This document shows, piece by piece, positions 25,000-33,653 of a stretch of 64,000 nucleotides of DNA. Every line of letters begins with the position of its first letter. Positions within the stretch are counted from its first letter, which is position 1. The notes below the pieces were generated by a model. It was not told the origin of the DNA. It saw only the letters and a program-made list of their open reading frames with translations, and searched no databases. The stretch is from Chthoniobacterales bacterium (GTDB lineage Bacteria > Verrucomicrobiota > Verrucomicrobiia > Chthoniobacterales > DASVRZ01): positions 5,240-69,239 of the forward strand of contig DASVRZ010000135.1 in the NCBI GenBank assembly GCA_036388355.1, written 5' to 3'. The translations under genes were made by a program, and so were the position numbers.

Positions 25000-26148
25000 T
25001 TATAGTCGCTTTAGATACTGAAGTGCTCTCTCCACCTCATCTTCAGTATTATAAAAGTGGGGGCTGAAACGCAGGTAATCCCGACCGCTACGGTCGAAGC
25101 GGTGGGAGACGATGACGTTTTTTGCCGTCAGCTCGTCGAAGTAGGGCTTCATCGCCTTCTCCGGGTGTCGAAAGGTCACAATTCCGCTCCGCGCGGGACC
25201 ACTCATGGGACTGGCAACCTCAAACCCCAGCTCCGTCACGCCTTCGGCAATCTGCTGCCGAAGCGCCAGAATGCGTTCACTCACCGTCTCCATCCCAATT
25301 TCCAGCAGCATCTCGATCGAAGCCAGCATCCCGTAAATGCCCGGAGTATTCAGCACGCCGGGTTCGTAGCGTTGGGCCGAATCGACAAAAAGAATCTCCG
25401 CCTGCGTAATGAACTGCGGAGACTGAATATTCCACGCGCCGAGCAGCGTTGGCCGAAGCTTCTCGAAGTGCTCGCGCTTCACGTAAACGATCCCCGCCGC
25501 CATCGGCCCGAGCAGCCATTTGTGCGCGTCGGCACTCAGGAAATCCACATGCTCCACGGTCGTGGGAAACGCCCCCAGCGTCTGGATCGCATCCAGCGAA
25601 AAAAGCACCCCGCGATCATGCAACAGCCGCCCAATCGCATCGTGATCGATCCGATAGCCGGTCAAAAAATGACACGAGGCCAGCGCCACCAGCTTCGTCC
25701 GTGGAGTAATCGCCGCCGCGACGAGTTCTGGCGTGATTTCCCCCATCTTCTCCGGCTGGAGATAACGCAATTTCACTCCCAGCCGCTCCAGCGCCAGCCA
25801 CGGGTAAACGTTCGCTGGATAGTCCTCCTGATAACACACCACCTCGTCGCCCGGCTCCCAATCCAGTCCATTGGCAAAAAGACTCAGCCCTAGCGAGGTC
25901 GGGCCGAGCAGCGCGATCTCGTCCGCCTGTGCACCCAGCAGCTTCGCGCAGACCCGACGGGTCCTGGCAATATCGCGCAGCACCGCAGCAAATTCCTGCC
26001 GCTCCGTCGTGCTCTGCCGCGTGTAATCTATCATCGCATCGGCCACGTATTGCGGAAACGTCGTCACCGCCGCGTGTTCCATGAAGATGTGCTCTCGCGC
26101 AATCGGGAAATTCGCCAATCGAGTCGCTTCGTCGGTCCAGAGGTTCAT
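25000..26148 (-). CDS. Class V aminotransferase-fold PLP enzyme (cysteine desulfurase/NifS-like family)
   Basis: FLSADAHKWLLGP (PLP-lysine motif) and an overall class V fold pattern. Specific activity cannot be assigned. Confidence 0.75.
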   Translation of the reverse strand: MNLWTDEATRLANFPIAREHIFMEHAAVTTFPQYVADAMIDYTRQSTTERQEFAAVLRDIARTRRVCAKLLGAQADEIALLGPTSLGLSLFANGLDWEPGDEVVCYQEDYPANVYPWLALERLGVKLRYLQPEKMGEITPELVAAAITPRTKLVALASCHFLTGYRIDHDAIGRLLHDRGVLFSLDAIQTLGAFPTTVEHVDFLSADAHKWLLGPMAAGIVYVKREHFEKLRPTLLGAWNIQSPQFITQAEILFVDSAQRYEPGVLNTPGIYGMLASIEMLLEIGMETVSERILALRQQIAEGVTELGFEVASPMSGPARSGIVTFRHPEKAMKPYFDELTAKNVIVSHRFDRSGRDYLRFSPHFYNTEDEVERALQYLKRL

Positions 26149-26390
26149 GGCTTCGGCGTCCCAGGCGGCGGCGTTTCGCGCGGCGCACGGATCGTGAATT
26201 CCTTCACCACCATCTTCTCGCCCGTCTCCGGGTCCACGTATTTCGCCTGGTCGAACTTAAACGACGGCTCAGGCGGGGGCGGCACCCGCCATTGCGGCGG
26301 AATCACCGGTCCATCCTTGATCATCATAAAGAGCAACCCGTGCACGGCGACCACGCCAATGAAGAGGAGAAACCAGACTTTCCGGCTCAC
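26145..26390 (-). CDS. Small bitopic membrane protein, Pro-rich ectodomain (81 aa)
   Basis: TM helix VWFLLFIGVVAVHGLLFMMI followed by PPQWRVPPPPEP. It has a 4-nt overlap with the downstream aminotransferase gene and a 4-nt gap after the upstream gene. Confidence 0.55.
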   Translation of the reverse strand: MSRKVWFLLFIGVVAVHGLLFMMIKDGPVIPPQWRVPPPPEPSFKFDQAKYVDPETGEKMVVKEFTIRAPRETPPPGTPKP

Positions 26391-26394
26391 AACC

Positions 26395-26757
26395 TCAGGA
26401 TTTCCGGGCGCGCTGACCTTCCTTAATCAGCTCCCAAGGCACCGTCGTTTCCGCGCCGGTTTCGTCCTCGGTCATCGGCAGTTTGGATCGGAAAAGGAAA
26501 TCGCGAATCGTGTTTTTATGCAGCACCCGATGGATCACCACGCCCTCGGGACATTTCCCAAAGTAAATGCGGTAATCCGTCGCGCGATATCTGTAAAAAC
26601 TCTTCCCATCGCGCGTCACTGTCGTGAACCGCGTCTTGTCCAGCTTGTCGAGATCCTCCGGCAAAAGCTGAAATTCGCTCAACAAATCGAGCTGCGTCAG
26701 TTTGGGAATTGCGGCCATTTCAGCGGCGCTGATTTCATTAAAAATAATCTGGAACAT
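26395..26757 (-). CDS. RelE/ParE-fold protein (toxin-like) with C-terminal extension; no adjacent antitoxin
   Basis: MFQIIFNEISAAEMAAIPKLTQLDLLSEF...KSFYRYRATDYRIYFGKCPEGVVIHRVLHKNT matches the RelE/ParE layout (..Y.L.VGDYRIIY......V.I..I.HR...). Confidence 0.5.
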   Translation of the reverse strand: MFQIIFNEISAAEMAAIPKLTQLDLLSEFQLLPEDLDKLDKTRFTTVTRDGKSFYRYRATDYRIYFGKCPEGVVIHRVLHKNTIRDFLFRSKLPMTEDETGAETTVPWELIKEGQRARKS

Positions 26758-26763
26758 CGGAAG

Positions 26764-27852
26764 CTAGGGCTGGAGAAAGATCCGGGGCACACGTTTGCTG
26801 ATGCCCGTGAGGATTTCCCAGGGAATAGTGTCGGCGAGTTGGGCGATCTCGCCAGCCAAAATGTGCGTGCCGAAAAGTTCCACCTCATCGCCAATCTCGG
26901 CAGGAACGTCCGTCACATCGATCATGATCTGATCCATCGTCACGCGCCCAAGCACCGGGCAGCGCTGGTCTCGCAGCAGCACGTGCGCACCGCGATTGGA
27001 GAGCCGCCTCTGATACCCGTCTGCATAGCCCGCGGAGATCGTCGCCACACGCGTCGGAGCCTTCGTTACGAAGCTGCGGCCATAACTCACCCCGTGACCC
27101 GCCGGCAGCGTGCGAATCAGCGTCACCCGGCTTTTCAGCGTCATGACGGGTCGCAATTTTCCCTGAAATTCCGGCACGGGCGACGCCCCATAAAGCATCA
27201 ATCCCGCCCGGACAAATTGCGCCGCATGCGTGGAGAAATTGATAATCCCTGCGCTGTTCAGCATGTGCCGCGAGGGCGCTTCCGAGGTCAGCGCGTGATA
27301 CGCCTCCAACTGCGACAACGTGAAAGCCTCATCCTCATCCGCCGAAGGCAAATGTGTCGCCACCGCCTCGATCTGGAGATTCGGCATCGCCCGGATTTTC
27401 TCCAGAGCTGCCGGCCATTCCTCCGGCAGAAACCCCAACCGCCCCATCCCGGAATCCACCGCCAAATGAACCCGCGTCGGCCCCAGCCGCGAAAACATTT
27501 CCGCTTCCTCCATCGAAGAAATCGCAGGCATAAATCCATGACGCACCACCGACTCGCGCTCCTCCGGCAACGTCGCTCCGAGCAGCAAAATCTCTGCATC
27601 CGGCCACACCGCCCGCACATCCAGAGCTTCGCCTAAATTCGCCACCCCGAAATACTCCGTGTACTGACCGAGGGTCGTCAAAATCCCGCCCAATCCATGC
27701 CCGTAAGCATCCGCTTTCACGATGGCCATCAACTTCGCCTCCGACCCAATCCGCTCGCGCACCACCTCCAAATTGTGCGCCAACGCCGCCAGATCAATCT
27801 CCGCCCAGCAACGAAGCGGCCCATGCGGAGTCGGTGCAGGAAAGTCAGGCAT
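26764..27852 (-). CDS. alr: Alanine racemase
   Basis: AIVKADAYGHG (PLP-lysine motif) and GYADGY. Start set at MPDFPAPT (ATG at 27852), because the track ORF start at 27984 adds an implausible 44-aa leader. Confidence 0.9.
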   Translation of the reverse strand: MPDFPAPTPHGPLRCWAEIDLAALAHNLEVVRERIGSEAKLMAIVKADAYGHGLGGILTTLGQYTEYFGVANLGEALDVRAVWPDAEILLLGATLPEERESVVRHGFMPAISSMEEAEMFSRLGPTRVHLAVDSGMGRLGFLPEEWPAALEKIRAMPNLQIEAVATHLPSADEDEAFTLSQLEAYHALTSEAPSRHMLNSAGIINFSTHAAQFVRAGLMLYGASPVPEFQGKLRPVMTLKSRVTLIRTLPAGHGVSYGRSFVTKAPTRVATISAGYADGYQRRLSNRGAHVLLRDQRCPVLGRVTMDQIMIDVTDVPAEIGDEVELFGTHILAGEIAQLADTIPWEILTGISKRVPRIFLQP

Positions 27853-28080
27853 GAGCAGTAGAAGGAGAATCAATAAAACTGATTCCTCCGCGCACATCGA
27901 ACAAATTTCTTGGCAAGGAACAATGCCGAAGCACGCCACGTCCTTCGGAACTTCACGTGACGCCATCTGCTTTTTACTGCGCACCCCGCTGTGACTATCG
28001 GCTTCATCTTGGGGGGCGAAAGCATTCGCAGCACGAGCCGCGGTTGCCGTTTTCTTCTCACCTGTTTAGAACTGACGAAT

Positions 28081-28500
28081 ATGAAGGTCTATCTACTGTT
28101 CGCAGCCTTTCTCTCGATACTTCCTTTTTTCCATTTTGTAGTTCCTATTCTGCTGTCAAAGCTCAGTGGTTGGTCGAGGTTATCTGAACGTTTCTCCTCA
28201 TCGATCGAGCCATATGGAGAGGTCCACATAGGAGAGACTATAAGTATCAACACCACTCGGTATAGAGAAGTTGATATTTCCCTATCGGATCATGGCGTAT
28301 CTTTGAAACTCTCGATGTTGTCTCATCCAGACTTGTTCATCCCATGGCAGAATTTCTCGCGGGTTGAGGAGATAGACTATTACGGCGCAATGTTTTATCA
28401 CAAGCTAACGATCGGTGAGCCCGCAACTGATGTGATCACGTTAGATAAGCGAATTCCACTGCCTCCGCGTGCCCTTTCCATCGGGAAAGCTGAGAGCTAA
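28081..28500 (+). CDS. Hypothetical membrane-anchored protein (139 aa) in a low-GC islet
   Basis: Starts at MKVYLLFAAFLSILPFFHFVVPILL. GC is about 45% by eye, against about 60% in the flanks. No recognisable family. Confidence 0.5.
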   Translation: MKVYLLFAAFLSILPFFHFVVPILLSKLSGWSRLSERFSSSIEPYGEVHIGETISINTTRYREVDISLSDHGVSLKLSMLSHPDLFIPWQNFSRVEEIDYYGAMFYHKLTIGEPATDVITLDKRIPLPPRALSIGKAES

Positions 28501-28564
28501 CAAGGGCCGCGAGACGGAGCCAAGAGCTTGGGCGAGGGCGCGGAGGATACGCTGGAGCGAAAGG

Positions 28565-29080
28565 TCAGGCGCGGAGCGTTTGTTGTTGAAAGAGCAGCTT
28601 GCAGTTGAAGCTGGCGTCGAGGTGGTAAACAGAAACGGTGTCGATCGTGGATTCGCCGAGAGGCAACGGCCTGGATGCGATTTCCACGGCTGCGTCTCCA
28701 CTCACTGAATCTCCAACGCGCACCGTGCAGTGAGGATTGAAGGGCCACTGACTCTCAGAGAAAGAAATGCCGGAAAGGAGCAGCTTCTGATGAAGATGAT
28801 CGAACGGCGAACGGCTGGAAGGCTCCAGATAAAAGACCCCTGTTTTAGGAAAGCTGCGAATCGCTGAGAACCGACTGCAAAAAGGAGAAACATCCTTGAG
28901 CGTTGCAATCAGGTGACGCTCGATGAGCGACAAATCGGTTCCGACCGGAATCGGTCCTACTCCAGAGGAACCGGCGAGGGTAATTCTATGGGGAGGCTGG
29001 CGGGTGGGGAACAGAGCGAGGCACGCAACGCGTGTATTTCCGCGCGAATAGGCTCGGGAATTTCCGCAACAATGTAACAC
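28565..29080 (-). CDS. 2H phosphoesterase superfamily protein (LigT / 2'-5' RNA ligase-like)
   Basis: Two H-x-T-x motifs at the expected spacing: PHRITLAG and PHCTVRVG. Confidence 0.65.
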   Translation of the reverse strand: MLHCCGNSRAYSRGNTRVACLALFPTRQPPHRITLAGSSGVGPIPVGTDLSLIERHLIATLKDVSPFCSRFSAIRSFPKTGVFYLEPSSRSPFDHLHQKLLLSGISFSESQWPFNPHCTVRVGDSVSGDAAVEIASRPLPLGESTIDTVSVYHLDASFNCKLLFQQQTLRA

Positions 29081-29125
29081 GGATGTTCCGTTAGGTAAGA
29101 CATCGGCGTTAACAACGGCGTTAGA

Positions 29126-29980
29126 TCAATCCCGGAAAACGACGGTGCGGCCGCCGTGGATGAGGACGCGGTCGTGGATGTGGGCGCGGACGCCGCGGGA
29201 GAGGGCGAGGCGTTCGCAGTCGCGTCCGAGGCGGAGCAGATCGTCGGGTTGATGGAAATGCTCCACGCGCACGACTTCCTGGTCGATGATCGGGCCAGCG
29301 TCCAGTTCGCTAGTGACGTAATGGCACGTGGCGCCGATGAGTTTTACCCCGCGTTCGTAGGCCTTTTTATACGGGTTGGCGCCGACGAAGGAGGGCAGGA
29401 ACGAGTGGTGAATGTTCATGATGCGGCCCGCGTAGGTTTCGCAGAGATCCGGCGGAAGGATCTGCATGTAACGGGCGAGAACGATCAGATCGACACCCGC
29501 TGCAGCGACGGCCGCCTCGACTTGCGCAAAGCCGGGAGCTTTATCCTGCGGATCGATCGGCACGTGGAGAAAGGGCAGGCCTTCGCGCTCGATCATGGAG
29601 CGAAATTGCTCGTGGTTCGACAAAACCAGCGGGATTTCCATTTCCAATTCGCCGGAATGCCAGCGCCAAAGCAGATCGGCGAGGCAATGGCCGAGTTTGC
29701 TAACAAAGATGGCGACCCGCATTTTCTGCCTTGCATCGCGAAGGGTCCAGCTCGCCTGCAGCTCCTGCCCAATGGGGGCAAACTGCGCGCGCAATGTGGG
29801 GAGATCGACCTGCAGCGATTCGGTGGCGATCGCCATGCGGGTGAAAAACCAGCCGTTGAGCGGATCGGTGAATTGATTGACCTCGAGAAGGTTGCCGCCG
29901 CGTTCGGCGACAAAGTTCGTCATGCGCGCAAGCAATCCCACGCGGTCGGGGCAGGCCAGTTTTAGAATTGTCGCACTCAT
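29126..29980 (-). CDS. purU: Formyltetrahydrofolate deformylase
   Basis: N-terminal ACT domain (LKLACPDRVGLLARMTNFVAERGGNL) and a formyltransferase core (IMNIHHSFLPSFVGANPY, TCHYVTSELDAGPII). Confidence 0.92.
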   Translation of the reverse strand: MSATILKLACPDRVGLLARMTNFVAERGGNLLEVNQFTDPLNGWFFTRMAIATESLQVDLPTLRAQFAPIGQELQASWTLRDARQKMRVAIFVSKLGHCLADLLWRWHSGELEMEIPLVLSNHEQFRSMIEREGLPFLHVPIDPQDKAPGFAQVEAAVAAAGVDLIVLARYMQILPPDLCETYAGRIMNIHHSFLPSFVGANPYKKAYERGVKLIGATCHYVTSELDAGPIIDQEVVRVEHFHQPDDLLRLGRDCERLALSRGVRAHIHDRVLIHGGRTVVFRD

Positions 29981-30333
29981 GGGGTGAGATCATCGGTTTT
30001 GAAGTGCTCGCGGCAAGTGCAAAGAACAGGGCGAGGCGGCAGGGCTATTTTGGCGCGAGGCGTGTGAAGAGGAAACTTTTCCCAAGCCAAAGGGGATGCC
30101 AGGAGAAGCCACTTCTGCGCTCCTATTTAGTCTAAGACGCCCCGTTGCCCACGTCGGCATCCGCCGGATTCCTCCTTGGAAAGATCTAAGTGAACTTCCC
30201 GATCAGCGGCTGGATGCCGCGCCCTGCGAAGACAAATCCCAGCCCCCGCGAACTCCCCAGGGCGGATGGAGTGCCAGCCGGCGTGGTGCGTGGGTCGGAA
30301 CAATGGGCGGTTAGGAAGACGGAGGAAAACCTG

Positions 30334-32877
30334 CTACTTCTTGCGGCGGAGGCGACGGACGACGAGCCACGCGACACCCAATCCCAGTGCCCAAGGTGCC
30401 AGAAAGGCGAGGGCGACTCCAATCATTTGCACGCTCCAGAGGAGACTGGCGATGGCTTGGCTGGCGGTGCGGCGCAAGGTGGCGAGGAGGCCGGTGTTGT
30501 CGGCGACGATTTTGTTTTCCGTGACGAAATGGATGCTCAACTCAGCCGGTGCCTGGCTGTCCGTGGTGGAGACAGCGGCGGTGTCGCGGCGTTCCACGGA
30601 GAGTTCCTGCGGTTTGCCGAGGGCCTGAGCCTGCGCGAGCAGAGAAGCGTATTTGTTCAGCGGAAAACGCAGGACAACTTGGGCGGATTCGCGGCCGTCG
30701 GTCTGGCGCTGATATCCCGAATCGCGCACCGTCGCTCCGGCAGCGAGGGCCGCTTTTTTGAACTCCTGCACGCGGGTTTCAAGGTTGTCGGACTGCACGC
30801 GCAACCGCGTTTGCTGCACGCTCGGCTCCTCATCCGTGAGGCTGAGGCTGACCAGGATGGGTGCTGCGTCGTCGTTTTCCGCTGCCGAGCCGCTGCCGCT
30901 GCGCTGGACTTGATAGTCGCTGGCGCGTCCGAGTTTCTGCAAAGTGGCGACAAGCTCCGCGTGTTTTGCGGCCGGGACACGAACGACGAGGGTCGCGTTG
31001 CCGCCGCCGTTCTGCGGACGCACGAGATTGGAATTCACCACCTCGGCACCGGCTTCGGCGGCGGATTTCTTCGCGGCATCGAATGCCTGGTCGAGATCGC
31101 GAGTGAAGACGGTAAACCGGATCTGGCGGCGCGTTTCCTGATCGTGCTGGATGCTCACGCGGAAGCTGGCGGGGGCGTTTTCCACCTTGGCGTTTTCCGT
31201 TCCTGAGGTGGCGGCACTGCCATTTTGTGCGGTGCGCTGGGTCTGCGAATTGAAGTTTTGGATGCGGCCCAAGCCTTTGAGCTGATGCAACGTGGACTCC
31301 GCCGCCGGGGCCGGGATGAGGAGTTGCATCGTGGCGTTGACGCGTCCGTTCGCGTCGCGGGTAACGCTCGCGTCGCTGATCTGAGCCTTCGCCGCTTCCG
31401 CGATGCGTCGGGCTTCGGCGTAGGTTTTCTCCACGTCGGCCGCGAGCAAATCCAGGCTGCCGGATTGCTGTAGGAGAAACGCGGCGGGCTGCGTTAAATC
31501 CTTCTCGTAGAGACTGATCGTGACGGTGGCGTAGGAAACGAGGGAGTCGTAAAGCTTGAGTTCGCCTTGCATGGTCTCAATGCTTTCGCGAACGCGGCCG
31601 AGTTCCTTCTCGACCTGCAGGATGTCGCTGATCTTGCCCTTGGCGTCGGCCAACATCTCGAGAAGGCGCTCTTCCATGCGCTGAGCATTGCGGAGGCGGG
31701 CCGCAGTGTCGGAGTATTCCTTGGTGACGTCCTGAGTGCCGAGGGTCTGATTTTTCACCTCGCCGAAGGAACGCAGCTCGAGGAGGAAACCATCCAGGTG
31801 TTGCGGGAGGACTTTGATAACGACAGTGCCGCGCAGTTTTCCGTTGCCGCCGCGGGCGGAATTTTTCGTGGCTACGTAACCGCCCGCTTGAGTCGCGGCG
31901 GTGCCGAGTTTGTCGAGCGCAACGTCGAAGCTGGCAACTTCGAGTTCCACGCTAGCGTTGCGGATGAGCTTGCGAGCGTCGACCAAGCCTGGGTTGGGCT
32001 CAGCAGGCTGTTGAGCGGGGGCGAGGGATTCCCCGGCTTGATCGGCAGCGGCGGCTGGCGCTTCATCGGCTGGGGTGACAGGAGCTTGAAGGATGGCAGG
32101 AGTACCAGCAGGTTGAGGGGCGGCAGGCACGCTTTTGCGAGCTGCTGTCAGTGGACCGGTGGAATCTCCCTTGCTACGTGAGCGGCTGTTGCCCTCGTTC
32201 TTTTGCTCGAAATCCGCCCGATCTCCCTTCGAAGGGGCGTTCAGTGCGAGCTGTTGCTTCATCGGGAATGCTGCTGCATCACTGATCCCACTTGCATTGC
32301 TTTCCTTCGCTGCACCATCAGCCAGGAAGTAGTCCTGATCTTCGCCAAGCTTTTGGGGAGAATCGCCGAACGCGCCAGAGCGGCCCAGTTTGCGCGAATC
32401 CTCGGCGGTGTCGGAGGCGGCAAAAGCAAAATCACTTCCGCGCTCTTTCTGCGAAGCAGAATGCACCGCCAGCGGCGTTGTTGGCATTTCCACTCCGGTT
32501 AGTTTATTTCCCACCGTCACTAGTAATGTTAATGCCGCGAGCACGCCCGCCGTCTGCACGCCGCGCAAGCCCATCAGCCAGGCAATCGTTTCCGGAACCC
32601 GCGCCAGCCACGACTTCCGCTCGCCTGCACGGAATGCCAAGACGAGCTTGTTCTCGAAATAGGGAGACGGACGCTCCTGCTCAAAGGTGTTAGTCAGCGT
32701 TTCATTCATAGATTCGGTTTCCTGGTAAAGCCCCTGGCAACGAGGGCAGGCGGCAAGGTGATCTGCGAAAGCCAGCCGCTCCGTCTCAGAGAGCGCGCCT
32801 AACAACGCGGCAGCCGCCCAATCGTCGAAATCGTCGTGGATCGACTCGGGTGTTAGTGGTTCGTTCTCAGCCTTCAT
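30334..32877 (-). CDS. Anti-sigma factor (zf-HC2) fused to a large DUF4349-like extracytoplasmic region, 847 aa
   Basis: N-terminal HLAACPRCQ zinc-finger anti-sigma motif, then a TM helix (GVLAALTLLVTVG). A disordered region of about 170 aa follows, then a DUF4349-like coiled-coil block, three further alpha/beta modules and a C-terminal TM helix. There is an ATGA overlap with the ECF sigma gene. Confidence 0.8.
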   Translation of the reverse strand: MKAENEPLTPESIHDDFDDWAAAALLGALSETERLAFADHLAACPRCQGLYQETESMNETLTNTFEQERPSPYFENKLVLAFRAGERKSWLARVPETIAWLMGLRGVQTAGVLAALTLLVTVGNKLTGVEMPTTPLAVHSASQKERGSDFAFAASDTAEDSRKLGRSGAFGDSPQKLGEDQDYFLADGAAKESNASGISDAAAFPMKQQLALNAPSKGDRADFEQKNEGNSRSRSKGDSTGPLTAARKSVPAAPQPAGTPAILQAPVTPADEAPAAAADQAGESLAPAQQPAEPNPGLVDARKLIRNASVELEVASFDVALDKLGTAATQAGGYVATKNSARGGNGKLRGTVVIKVLPQHLDGFLLELRSFGEVKNQTLGTQDVTKEYSDTAARLRNAQRMEERLLEMLADAKGKISDILQVEKELGRVRESIETMQGELKLYDSLVSYATVTISLYEKDLTQPAAFLLQQSGSLDLLAADVEKTYAEARRIAEAAKAQISDASVTRDANGRVNATMQLLIPAPAAESTLHQLKGLGRIQNFNSQTQRTAQNGSAATSGTENAKVENAPASFRVSIQHDQETRRQIRFTVFTRDLDQAFDAAKKSAAEAGAEVVNSNLVRPQNGGGNATLVVRVPAAKHAELVATLQKLGRASDYQVQRSGSGSAAENDDAAPILVSLSLTDEEPSVQQTRLRVQSDNLETRVQEFKKAALAAGATVRDSGYQRQTDGRESAQVVLRFPLNKYASLLAQAQALGKPQELSVERRDTAAVSTTDSQAPAELSIHFVTENKIVADNTGLLATLRRTASQAIASLLWSVQMIGVALAFLAPWALGLGVAWLVVRRLRRKK

Positions 32878-33440
32878 GGTCGTTCTCCTTTCTCTGGCAG
32901 ATGAAACATCCGCAGCCGGTCCCGCATGGTGGCGAGGGCCCGTCCCAGCACGCCGCGCAACGCGCCATCCGTCAAATCCATGGCCTCCGCGATCGCTCGG
33001 TAATCCAGCCCTTCCAAATAGCGCAACGTGAGTGCGGTGCGGTGACGCTCCGGAAGCGTGGCCAACGCTGCGTGCATTTCGCGGGATTGCTCCGCCGCGG
33101 CAAGAGCGCCATCCGGCGTCGGAATCGATTCGTCGCGAGCTTCGGGAAAATTCTCCTCCGGCAGAGTGGCGTGACGTTTCTTGCGCAGCCGGTCGCGGGA
33201 AAGATTGCGAGCAATGGTCGAGAGCCAGGCCACAAAACGCTCCGGCTCGCGTAACTGTCGGCGGTCGCGAAAGGCGCGGAGAAAGGTTTCCTGCGCGACA
33301 TCCTCCGCTTCCTCGCGCTCCTGCAACACCGCAAAAGCCACCGCATAGACCCGCATCGCGTTGGCCCGAATCAGTTCCTCGAAGGCGGAACGATCCCCGG
33401 CCAGGGCGGCTGCGATAGTCTCGGAATCGGGGGAAATCAT
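32874..33440 (-). CDS. ECF-type RNA polymerase sigma-70 family factor
   Basis: Region 2 (DVAQETFLRAFR) and region 4 (LTLRYLEGLDYRAIAEAMDLTDGALRGVLGRA). Start set at MISPDSE (ATG at 33440). Confidence 0.88.
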   Translation of the reverse strand: MISPDSETIAAALAGDRSAFEELIRANAMRVYAVAFAVLQEREEAEDVAQETFLRAFRDRRQLREPERFVAWLSTIARNLSRDRLRKKRHATLPEENFPEARDESIPTPDGALAAAEQSREMHAALATLPERHRTALTLRYLEGLDYRAIAEAMDLTDGALRGVLGRALATMRDRLRMFHLPEKGERP

Positions 33441-33653
33441 GGGTGCTTCTGTGAGCCTAGACGCCGCAGAAATGAAATCCGCGCGATTTATTTTCGGAGG
33501 TGTTTGGTTTTTATTCGAACGAGCGAAGAAAACTGCCACGTGACGCATGGATCGCCTGCCGGCCCCGGAGAATCGCCTCTTTGCACCCGGGTTTGATTAC
33601 GCTTGAGAGTTCTGGCTGCCCGCTTAACCTTGCGATCCGCTATTTTTCCCATC

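Noticed and set aside
30240-30333. Possible ZTP (pfl) riboswitch upstream of purU. The minus strand reads ...CCGGCUGGCACUCCAUCCGCCCUGGGGAG, reminiscent of the ZTP 3' element CCGCCUGGGC.
   Set aside because: The match has an extra C. The conserved 5' sub-domain (GGGUCGUGACUGGCG...) is not recognisable. The candidate also lies about 260-350 nt from the purU ATG (29980), with no obvious expression platform. A cmsearch with Rfam RF01750 would settle it.
33441-33653. A search for an ECF-type autoregulatory promoter (GGAAC-N16-17-CGTC) upstream of the ECF sigma gene. The candidate was GGATTTCATTTCTGCGGCGTCTA.
   Set aside because: The spacer is too short (about 12 nt) and the -35 match is poor. I cannot support a promoter call by eye.
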